Made by a program: the position numbers and the translations under genes
Origin: Dendrobates tinctorius
Taxonomy: Eukaryota
Direction: 5' to 3'
Length of the DNA: 64,000 bases
Assembly: GCF_039654945.1 (NCBI RefSeq)
Contig: NW_027361751.1
Location: forward strand, 23,932,001 to 23,996,000
Shown: one piece after another, positions 36,550 to 47,600 of the stretch
Layout of the letters: every line of letters starts with the position of its first letter
How positions within the stretch are numbered: the first letter of the stretch is position 1
The notes under the pieces: generated by a model
Databases searched by the model: none
What the model saw: only the letters and a program-made list of their open reading frames with translations
Told to the model about the DNA's origin: nothing

Positions 36550-37990
36550 AAAATCAAACTGTCCACTTGGGAATCAACACTGACAATTTCACATGCTGTT
36601 GTACAAATGGAATAGACAGCAGATGGAAATTATTGCCAATTATCAAGACATCCTCAATAAAGGAGTGGTTCTACAGGTGGGGACCACAGACCGCATCTCA
36701 GTACCAATGCTTTCTGGTTGATTTGGTCACTTTTGTTGGTTGTGCTTTCACACTCGTGGTAGCATGAAACGGAGTCTACAACCCACACAAGTGGCTCAGG
36801 TAGTGCAGCCCATCCAGGATGGCACATCAATGTGAGCTGTGGCAAGAAGGTTTGGTGTGTCTGTGTAGTGTCCAGAGGCTGTAGGCGCTACCAGGAGACA
36901 GGCCAGTACACCAGGAGATGTAGGAGAGCAACAACCCAGAAGCAGGACCGCTACCTCAGCCTTTGTGCAAGGAGGAACAGGAGGAGCACTGCCAGAGCCT
37001 GCAAAATGACCTCCAGCAGGCAACAAATGTGCATGTCTGCACAAACTGAGTCCATTCTAACTGAGGATGGTCTGAGTGCCTGACATCCACAAATGGGGGT
37101 TGTGCTCACAGCCCAACACTGTGCGGCCCTCCCAAAGAAATGCCACACCATTACTGACCCACTGCCAAAGTGGTCATGCTGAAGGATGTTGCAGGCAGAT
37201 GATCACTCTGCATGGCGTCTCCAGACTGTCACGTCTGTCGCATGTGCACAGTGTGAACCTTCTTTCATATGTGAAGAGCACAGGGCACCAGTGGTGAATT
37301 TGCCAATCCTGGTGATCTGTGGCAAATGCCAAGCATCCTGCACAGTGTTGGGCTGTGAGCACAACCCCCATCTGTGGACATCGGGCACTCAGACCATCCT
37401 GATGGAGTCAGTTTCTAACTGTTTGTGCAGACCAGACACATCACATTTGTGGCCTGCTGGAGGTCACTTTGCAGGGCTCTGGCAGTGCTCCTCCTGTTCC
37501 TCCTTGCACAAAGACTGAGGCAGTGGTCCTGCTGCTGAGTTGTTGCCCTCCTACAGCTCTCTCCACATTTCCTGGTGTACTGGCCTGTCTCCTGGTAGCG
37601 CCTCCAGCCTGTGGACACTACTGACAGACACAGCAAACCTTGCCACAGCTCGCATTGATGTGCCATCCAGGATGAGCTGCACTACCTGAGCCACTTGTAT
37701 GGGTTGTAGAGACTGTCTCATGCTACCACGAGTGTGAAAGCTCATCCAACATTCAAAAGTGACCAAAACATCAGCCAGACAGCATTGGTACTGAGATGTG
37801 GTCTCCACATGCAGAACCACTCCTTTATTGAGTGGGTCTGGATGACTGCCAATTTCCGTCTATTCCGTTTGCACAACAGCATGTGAAATTGTCAATTGGT
37901 GTTGCTTCCTAAGTCGACAGTTTGATTTCACAGTAGTTTGATTTACTTAGTTATATTCTGTTTGTTCCCTTTATTTTTTTTTGAGCTGTG
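36550..37990. mobile_element. Tc1-derived fold-back element: two inverted copies of a Tc1 left end plus 5' transposase
   Basis: 36550-37120 is an inverted copy of about 37345-37930; both encode [33 protein letters not shown]; right end ...GTTCCCTTTATTTTT..GAGCTGTG|TA. Confidence 0.85.
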
Positions 37991-38524
37991 TATGTATATA
38001 AAACTGAATGTGTATCACGAAGCATCATTCATTTCACTAGAGCTGTGTAAAAGAAGCTGATCTGTGATTGGTTGCTATGATCAACAGTTTTCCCTCTCCA
38101 GAAAACACCTCAACAGACACTGACATGGTGGGAGAAATCTAGCATCCCTGGGAACACAAGCTCCCAGCCACTGTCTGCCCCCCAAAAAGGAGCAGAGAGC
38201 ACATGACAGAAATGAATAACCCCTTCCGTGCCCATGTACACATCCTCCATCCTATAGGCACATCTTCCCCCTTAAAGGGATCATTGGTATGGGAGTCAGG
38301 GCAATTCCACTCAGTGCTCTGGTTCTGACCCCCGACTGACGGGATGATGTGGGATATTAGGGGTAGTAGTCCGGTGGCTCTGGCTGACGGGACGATGTGG
38401 GATATTAGGGTGGAGTGGTCGGGGCTATACACTCAGCTTTATATATAGAGATAGATATCGTTATAATTTGCTAAACTAACCGTAGTTAGTTGCTATGCCT
38501 GGGCAGCGCCGGGCTCTTCAGCTA

Positions 38525-38566
<42 letters not shown>

Positions 38567-38583
38567 ATATATATAATATATAT

Positions 38584-40177
38584 CAGTGCCTACAAGTAGT
38601 ATTCAACCCCCTGCAGATTTAGCAGGTTTACACATTCGGAATTAACTTGGCATTGTGACATTTGGACTGTAGATCAGCCTGGAAGTGTGAAATGCACTGC
38701 AGCAAAAAAGAATGTTATTTCTTTGTTTAATTTTTTTTTAAATTGTGAAAAGTTTATTCAGAGGGTCATTTATTATTCAACCCCTCAAACCACCAGAATT
38801 CTGTTTGGTTCCCCTAAAGTATTAAGAAGTATTTCAGGCACAAAGAACAATGAGCTTCACATGTTTGGATTAATTATATCTTTTTCCAGCCTTTTCTGAC
38901 TATTTAAGACCCTCCCCAAACTTGTGAACAGCACTCATACATGGTCAACATGGGAAAGACAAAGGAGCATTGCAAGGCCATCAGAGACAAGATCGTGGAG
39001 GGTCACAAGGCTGGCAAGGGGTACAAAACCCTTTCCAAGGAGTTGGGCCTACCTGTCTCCTCAGTTGGGAGCATCATCCGGAAGTGGAAGGCTTATGGAA
39101 CTATTGTTAGCCTTCCACGGCCTGGACAGCCTTTGAAAGTTTCCTCCCGTGCCGAGGCCAGGCTTGTCCGAAGAGTCAAGGCTAACCCAAGGACAACAAG
39201 GAAGGAGCTCCGGGAAGATCTCATGGCAGTGGGTACATTGGTTTCAGTCAATACCATAAGTAACGTACTCCACCGCAATGGTCTCCGTTCCAGAGGAGCC
39301 CGTAAGGTACCTTTACTTTCAAAGCGTCATGTCAAGGCTCGTCTACAGTTTGCTCATGATCACTTGGAGGACTCTGAGACAGACTGGTTCAAGGTTCTCT
39401 GGTCTGATGAGACCAAGATCGAGATCTTTGGTGCCAACCACACACGTGACGTTTGGAGACTGGATGGCACTGCATACGACCCCAAGAATACCATCCCTAC
39501 AGTCAAGCATGGTGGTGGCAGCATCATGCTGTGGGGCTGTTTCTCAGCCAAGGGGCCTGGCCATCTGGTCTGCATCCATGGGAAGATGTATAGCACGGCC
39601 TACCTGGAGATTTTGGCCAAGAACCTCCGCTCCTCCATCAAGGATCTTAAGATGGGTCGTCATTTCATCTTCCAACAAGACAACGACCCAAAGCACACAG
39701 CCAAGAAAACCAAGGCCTGGTTCAAGAGGCAAAAAATCAAGGTGTTGGAGTGGCCTAGTCAGTCTCCTGACCTTAACCCAATTGAAAACTTGTGGAAGGA
39801 GCTCAAGATTAAAGTCCACATGAGACACCCAAAGAACCTAGATAACTTGGAGAAGATCTGCATGGAGGAGTGGGCCAAGATAACTCCAGAGACCTGTGCC
39901 GGCCTGATCAGGTCTTATAAAAGACGATTATTAGCTGTAATTGCAAACAAGGGTTATTCCACAAAATATTAAACCTAGGGGTTGAATAATAATTGACCCA
40001 CACTTGTATGTTTAAAATTTATTAAAATTTAACTGAGCAACATAACTTTTTGGTTTGTAAGATTTATGCATCTGTTAATAAATCATGCTCTTGTGTGAAG
40101 TTTGAAGGCTCTAACTTATTTGCATCTTATCAAACCTGCTAAATTTGCAGGGGGTTGAATACTACTTGTAGGCACTG
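38584..40177 (+). mobile_element. Tc1 transposon, full length, inserted in a (TA)n/(TG)n microsatellite
   Basis: TIR CAGTGCCTACAAGTAGTATTCAACCCCCTGCA at both ends; inner repeats 38763-38785 / 39977-39999. Confidence 0.96.
38941..39972 (+). CDS. Uninterrupted Tc1 DD34E transposase, 343 aa (340 aa from MGKTKE)
   Basis: Paired-like HTH N-terminus, WSDETK, FQQDNDPKH, SPDLNPIENLW; 34 residues between second D and E. Confidence 0.96.
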   Translation: MVNMGKTKEHCKAIRDKIVEGHKAGKGYKTLSKELGLPVSSVGSIIRKWKAYGTIVSLPRPGQPLKVSSRAEARLVRRVKANPRTTRKELREDLMAVGTLVSVNTISNVLHRNGLRSRGARKVPLLSKRHVKARLQFAHDHLEDSETDWFKVLWSDETKIEIFGANHTRDVWRLDGTAYDPKNTIPTVKHGGGSIMLWGCFSAKGPGHLVCIHGKMYSTAYLEILAKNLRSSIKDLKMGRHFIFQQDNDPKHTAKKTKAWFKRQKIKVLEWPSQSPDLNPIENLWKELKIKVHMRHPKNLDNLEKICMEEWAKITPETCAGLIRSYKRRLLAVIANKGYSTKY

Positions 40178-40213
40178 TGTGTGTATGTGTGTATGTATAT
40201 GTATATGTATATG

Positions 40214-40272
<59 letters not shown>

Positions 40273-40806
40273 AAAAATAAGTTTAATGGCTTTTTGAAGG
40301 GGCAAGAATGGAAATGGGTTAAATTATGTCTCTGAAATGCCAGAGGATCCATTTAATTCCTGCTCAGTATTCAGATATTTTCTACTGCAAGTTGAAGGGG
40401 GGGGGGGGGGGAAATTCTTTTCAAAACGGTGTGAGAATATTCTCAAAAATCTCCAGTTAGAGATGTAGTATAGCTCTTTTGATTTGCGATGTCTTTTTCT
40501 TCATGTGCAGGACCTTGGGTATCCATGCTTACGACCACTAGCAACTAGCTAACTAGTAAATCAGTGGTCTTAACCATGGATGCCTAAGGTCCTGCAATGC
40601 CTGCACATGAGGAAAGAAACATGGCGAACCAGAAAAACTACACTACATTTCTAATTGGAGGTATTTGCTATTCTTACACTTTCCACATGTTGGGATAGGA
40701 TCTTGGAGATGGGAATGCCATTTCATGATGAGCTTTAGACAAAATAACAAATTCAATGAATGTGATTTCTAGTTGAGTCTAATTTTTCTTTATACTTTAT
40801 AAACAG

Positions 40807-40928
40807 GAGACTCTGGAGTTTGGGGACTAAAGAAAAACTTTGCTCTCTTGGAACTACTGGAACGACTGCAAAATGGTGCAAGTGGCCAGAGTGGAGCCTC
40901 CGAAGAGTCGGTAGGAGGGTATGGAGAG
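40807..40928 (+). CDS. TRIM23: TRIM23 coding exon 3
   Basis: 122 nt, aacag|GA...GAG|gtatgc; DSGVWGLKKNFALLELLERLQNG. Confidence 0.96.
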
Positions 40929-43900
40929 GTATGCCTCACCGATAGCTGCCACGAGATTGTTTTGTGGAAAGGGTTTAAGGGGGGGGGGGGGGGGGGAGAA
41001 ATGTCCAGACTCCAAGTGCTTGGCCAGTCTGCTGTATTGTTGCATGAGTGCTACAGGAGCCGGCTCTGCACAAGACTAGGCTGGACCTTGCTCTGATCCA
41101 TAACTGTTACTCATGTACTGCTGTGAATGATGGGGAGGTCACCCCTATCTGCATTCCTGCAGCACAATCGCTGGGTGTTAAAGGGGGTTGTCCACTACTC
41201 AGACAGCTCCCTGTGTTTCCTTCTTGTAACTAACATTCTCCCTACTGGGGCCATTCAGGCAGTGTTGGCTCTCCTAAGGATTGTCATACTGTGCACAGGG
41301 ATCACGTGCCAGATCAGTCAGCGCTGGCCTCACTCTCCTTCCTCCTGATCTGTCCATGGGCTGAGAAGGCCAGCGCTGATTGTCCCCGCACGTGATCCCT
41401 GCAGAAAGTATTACACGATCCCTGGGAGAGCCAACACCACCTGAGTAGAATCGGCAGGGAGTATGTGTTATTTTACAAAAGGGGTAAACCAAGGTAGTTG
41501 TGGGGTGGGAATCAAAGTGCTGCAAAAAAAAAATTGGGTGTTGCCCAGTTTTCAATAATGCATGCTATATAACATTTATCCTAAGTACCAAAAAAATCCC
41601 CTGTTAATGGGAAATAAATAATAGCATAACTCAGACAACAGTATATATCAACAAAGAACCATATCTCAACTATTAAGTGAAAATTAGGGACCAGAAGAGT
41701 TTTAGCAAAAAAAAAATTAAATTTTATTACAAAATAATTAAAAACAAAAACAGAGCATCAATGCTAAAGCAGGCAGTGATAGACATGAATAATAGGTGAC
41801 ATCTAGAGAAAAAATCCAAGTGGAAAGAATAATAATAGAGAGCGTTACTCCCTTAAGGTACTCAATAAAAAGTCTCATCCATATAATATAAATATGATCT
41901 AGAAAGCCTTATTCATTAATCTGCCATATTTATGTAGTAGAGATAATGGGGAATATTTCTTTTGCCAAAGAATTTATTAACCAACACTTTAGTGAATTTG
42001 TTATATCAGCTAAGGAAGAATACAGAGTCAAAATTGTATAATGTACATACCGCCGTAAACAGTTTTCACCGCATGGAGAATGGATTTCAAAGAGCTGCAC
42101 CAATCACGTGAACTCGCATAAAGTGGCAAGAGTTGACAGTGAGTATAAATAATTGCCACAATGATAGCCGGCAGAAAAGAATTTTTTTTCCACTATAATG
42201 TTCAAAACGAACAGTATAAGCAAACAGTTAGTTGCTCGGCAGAGTAAACCACTTATTAAAGCAAATAAGACTGACCGCAATTTGAAAAGAAAAGTACAAG
42301 TAGTAACCTCAGCAACTACTGGCGAAAGTAAGCCATAGAGATAACCAACCTAGGGCAAAGCAAACTATACTCTACTATGCAGAGAAAAAGACCTAATAAT
42401 AAAAGTTGGACCGGATAACAAATAAGCAATAGAGTACCATAACACTTACATTAAAGTGACTATGTGCTGCCGCTGCCTGCCGCCTCTACGCGCGTTGCGC
42501 CTTGGCTTCCTCAGGCTGCATGCGTCTTCTGTCCAGCTGTTTGCACAGTTTCAGTTGCCCTATTGTCTGTGTGATACAGAACTTTCCATTGTACGTCCAG
42601 TGTACTAGGCTAATAGAACTAATGCCAAGACTGCATCACGGGGCTCAATAAATCGCATGGCACTTTTCACGTAACTAAAAAGAAATGCACCTCACATGCA
42701 GTAAACCCTTCATGACCTTGTAATTTTACTTTGTGCTTTCGTTTTTTGCTCCCCTTCCTCCCAGAGCCATAACTTTTTTTTTTTTTTTTTTCTGGACAAG
42801 TTCTTTTGAATGATGCCTTTGATTTTACCACATAGTGTACTGGTGAAAGTGGGGGGGGGGGACTCTAGTTTGGAGCAATTGCAAAATTGTTTACCTATAC
42901 GGTTAAACTGACCTGGCAATATGATTCCAAACTTGTATAGGTTTTTTAGTAAAGTGTATAAGAGAGGGGGTGGGAAACATTAAGTGCCCGAGTAGACACA
43001 GGGGGCAGTGGGTGCTCTAGTCTGGTAGTCTAAAACCACATGGACCAGGGCTCATCCCACTGAATGCCTGCCCTCCTTATTACATGGGCATAATACTACT
43101 CGGGACAACATCGGGTCAAGGTAAAAGTGAAGCAATACTTTACTGAACCATGAAATAAACAATAACCTATAGTGCAGTTCCAGCAAAATACCCCAAATTG
43201 TGCATATTAGCTTCACCCTTCGGCTGACTCCCTGGGATTAGAGCAGCTCCAACTCGCAGGCTGACTACCCCAACCTGCTTTGATGGGGCCCCCACAGAGA
43301 AGGTAATGACAAGCTTATGAAACTGACTCAGAGCAGTCAGTTATGTGGCCACGGGACCTGATTGTCTCAACCTGGATTCTTAAAGATGTCTCTGAGGGCT
43401 CAGCTATGGTCAATAGAGCAGATCTGTTTTCTTCTAACTGGGGCTGTAGTCCCCTGAGCTGACATCCTGTTGAATATTCCTGGATGTGGTTTTGTAAAGT
43501 GATTCATCTTGCAGAACAATAGAAATTGCTTTTTCTAACCACATCAGTGTTTCATGTGATCACCCATAGGGCAGGTGGGTGGTGAGATGAGTTTAACTGT
43601 CATTGTTTGAGTACTTGAGCAATTTGCATTTTTTTTTTCTCCTGTTTTGCAAGTCAACTAGCCACAGGGTCCCATACAATGGCCAATCAACATATTGGTA
43701 AACACTGATTGTTCAATGACCCTGCATCCCTGTCTTGCAAAGATAACAGACAATAAGCTGTAGGAGCTGATATGAGACAAACAGCCATTCAAAAATATCA
43801 AAAATCAACATTTAAGACTTGTATAAGAAGCTATGGTTCTTGACTAACTGCAAATGGACTGCTGGATAAATAAGGTTAAACGCTGTGTTACAGGGGGAGA

Positions 43901-44658
43901 GAGCATTTTCTATGTCTCCCCTTTCTTTTTTTTTTTTTTTTTTTTTTTCTCCTTCATGGGCTGGGTGAAGGGCATATGTTTCTGTGCTGCAAGCCAAAGT
44001 TTTAATTTATACTATTTTTGGTGTAGATGTGTTTTTTTTTTTTTTTTTTGTTTTTTTTTAAAAAAAAAAAAAAAGCATAATTCAATTTATTTTTTTGCCA
44101 CCACAACATTGCAATAAAGTGCAGTGACTCTGTAGGGTGGCCAGAGTGGTAGTCCTTTCTGTTGCATGCAGCAGAGTACTCCAGTTGCTGGAGTCTCATC
44201 ATTCTCCATCACTCCAGCTTCAGGTAACCATGCTCCACAAAGCACTGCAGAGTCAGTACTTTTAAAGCAGTTCAACTTTACTGATAACGTGGGTACTCAT
44301 CACTTTGGCAGCACAATTCACACAGAGCCGAATATCCTGCACTTTCTCTGCCTTCCGGGCAGATTCCGTTTCCTCTGTATTCTCTCCTTCTGTTCTCCCG
44401 GCAATCCCTGCTGTCTCCATAGCCAATCTGTGTATTTCCTGCGTCACCAGCTCCCTGTCAGCCCCTCATCTGGGTCCAATCTGTAAAGGTGCTGGGAGTG
44501 CCATCCTAACGACTCCCGCCCCGGTCATAGACATGGATCTTTCCTGGGGATGGCCCTGCTGAGCTGGTGCCTGTCCTGCACTATTCTCAAGCCTGGGGCC
44601 CCTTAATACAGTCTGCAGATTATCCCCACAGCCTGCAAAGGTCTCCTATACTGCATGC

Positions 44659-47600
44659 TTTACCCTTCGCCACAACAGCACCCACTGGAGGTAGCGGATC
44701 CGCCCCATAGGAACAGGAAACCTACAGAGATAAAAGGGGGGGGGTTCCGCCTCTCCTCCTCAGTTTTGGTTACCTATTCCTAGGGGAACACCAGGAAGAA
44801 TCCTACAGAAAGCATACCTGGGCCAAGGCATGCAGCCTGTGCAGTTTCTGTGGAACGGCAGGGGCTACAGTCCAGAAGCAGCGTTGGGAGAGTTTCCATT
44901 AGCCGGCTCCCCCCTCATCTGGTGGATGGATAAGAGTGATGGCCGGGTCTGGGGAGGGCCGCCCGATCTCACTCAGGAGCACACCGGGTGGGTTGCATGG
45001 AGCGTCGTGGCGGCTTGGGGACCATGGAGGAGCCGCCGCAGTGGAAGCGGTAAGAGTGCCAGTGGCGCAAAGGAAAAAAAAATTGCAGCTTTCTGGGATG
45101 CGGCCCCCAGTGTACAAAGCGGGGCCTGCGCATGCGCCGCCCGACGTAGAGGCTCCAGCCCCAGAAGCAATGGGTGAACTTCCGGGGCATAATGGCAGAG
45201 GTGCAAGGTGCCCACAAGCGCTACTGCGCAGGTGCGAAGCGGCGCAACTGACCCGGAACAAGAGGAGAACTTCCGGGTCAGGGGATCAGAGGAAAAAAAA
45301 CGCCCTATTTAAACGAATGCCGCAGAGGGGTCGGCGGTGAAACATGTCATCCCCAGGAGATTCGCATCCTCCAGCAGGGGACTCTGCGGGTGGTGGCACC
45401 TCCCGAGACCGCTCCGGCAGAGGATCCACTGACACCACTCGCAGAAGTGACACAGGAGCCAGGACTGCACCTCAGCCATCCGACCCGTTACCGTAAGCTT
45501 CACTGGGCGAGTGTGCAAAAACTCTGCCTATCAAGCGGACACCCCTTTTTTCGCCATGTCTCACCCCTCTTTCCAGGCTAAGTAAAATCGAAACACAAAG
45601 AATGCGCTTTATGAGCTCAGTCTCTCCCTGACTCCTACCCCCAAAAACTTTGTAAACCATGTATTAGGGAGACCAGACAGGGAGCTGCGTTGTCATCTAA
45701 GGACATACAGACCATCATTAGAGAGGAACTACAGGCGACCGCCCGTGCTACCCTCAGAGGGTAGGGGCAAAAAACAAGTGACCCTCAGCTCCGATTCGGA
45801 GGAACAAGAGAGCCTCAGACTCCTCACTCATGACATCATCATCATCGTCAGAAATTGAGGGACGATCATGTTTTCCCCTGGATAGTGTTGATAACTTGGT
45901 TAAATTTGTAAGAAACACTATGGGGTGTGAGGAGACTAAGAGCGCTCAAACCACGCAGGATATAATGTTTGCGGGTTTCGCAGAAAGAAAAGAGAGCTTT
46001 TTCGGTAATACCGGCAATTAAGGCCCTGATAAAGAGAGAATGGGAGAAACAAGATCAGAGAAGTTTCCTCCCATCGGCCTCAAAAAGAAAATATCCATTT
46101 AGTGACGATGAGCTACTAAAATGGACGAAAATTCCTAAGGTTGACGCTGCTGTAGCCTCCACCTCTAAACATTTACTATCCCGGTAGAGGATGCGGGCCT
46201 ACTGTCCGACCCACTAGACCGAAAAGCGGAATCATCACTAAAAAGGTCATGGGAGGCAACTACGGGCATTTTTAAGCCAGCACATGCACCGCCAGATAAG
46301 TTCTCGTATGGTTGGACCAGTTAGACTAACAGAGTGAGCAGAAAGTGTCCAGGGAAAAACTGCGTGCCGCTATCCCATTAATTAGAGGAGCAGCAGCCTT
46401 CATGGCCGATGCAGACGCCTAGCGGCAAGATCGGCGGGTCTTGTGAACAGCGCCAGGCGGGCACTATGGATGAAAAGCTGTGCGTCCCCCTTCCAATCAA
46501 AATCTAAGGCTAGTTTCACACTAGCGTTTATTCCACGCAGCGCATGGCGCAGCTAAGCCCCCGCCCCCTGCCGGCTCCCTGCCCGCCCCATCCGGTCATC
46601 GTCGCCTACTATCGCACATGGACGCATGCGTTCTGCGCACCCTATCTTTAGCATAGGGTGTGCAGATCGTGCGCTGCGCACTCTTGAAGGTGCGCCGAAC
46701 GCAGCATGTTGTATTTCGGTGCGCTCGGCGCACCTTCAAAAGTGCGCAGCGCATGCCAAAATCCTACTAGCGCACAATCTGCGCACCCTATTCTAAAGAT
46801 GGGGTGTGCAGATCGCATGCGTCCATGTGCGATAGTAGGTGGCGATGACCTGATGGTGGGGGCGGGGCTTAGCGGCGCCGTGCCCTGCATGGAATAAACG
46901 CTAGTGTGAAACTAGCCTAAGATATGCACAATCCCGTGCGAGGGTGAGTTCCTCTTTGGGAAAGGCCTAGACAATATACTCGCTAAAGAAAATAAGGCTT
47001 TCCCTGACTCTTCTATCCTTTTCTACAGGAGAGCCTTTAAAAGGCGGCCGTTTGGGAAGAGAAGGCAAACGGAAAGATCAACGAGATGGGCCACAAAGGA
47101 AGAGAAGCAAAAGGGTACCATGTTTAGAGGTTCAGAATTCCGAAAAGAGAATAAATACTGAACATCCAGTCCCCCCAGTAGGGGGTAGACTAACTTTTTG
47201 CTCCAAAATGGGAAGCAATAACATCGAGTTCGTGGATTTTAAATATAGTCAAAGAAGGAATTAAAATAGAATTCCTTCATATTCCCCACGACTCACTTAT
47301 TATAACCTCCCTTAACGCACCAATACAACAAAAAGCCCTCGAAATAGAAATTCGGAGTCGACTATCTAAGAGGAACTTAGAGTCCCAAAAGGACAAGAGG
47401 GTTCTACTCTCCTTTATTTTATTGATTCCCAAACCCCATGGTACGTTTAGAAAAATCATAAACCTGAAAGAACTAAATGCGCTTATTAAGAAATTATAAA
47501 TTTAAAATGGAATCGATCAGGTCCACCATTAGGCTTCTCTTTCCGAACTGTGTAGTGGCAGGTATTGACCTAAAAGATGCTTCCTATGATCTCCCTATTC

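Noticed and set aside
38330-38525. Short tandem repeat plus Helitron-like 3' hairpin; considered as a CRISPR-like array
   Set aside because: Only two units in eukaryotic DNA; the Helitron end is degenerate (CTAA) and no 5' end was found.
42960-44658. Possible LTR-retrotransposon remnant flanking DIRS-B
   Set aside because: No paired LTRs, PBS or TSD could be established.
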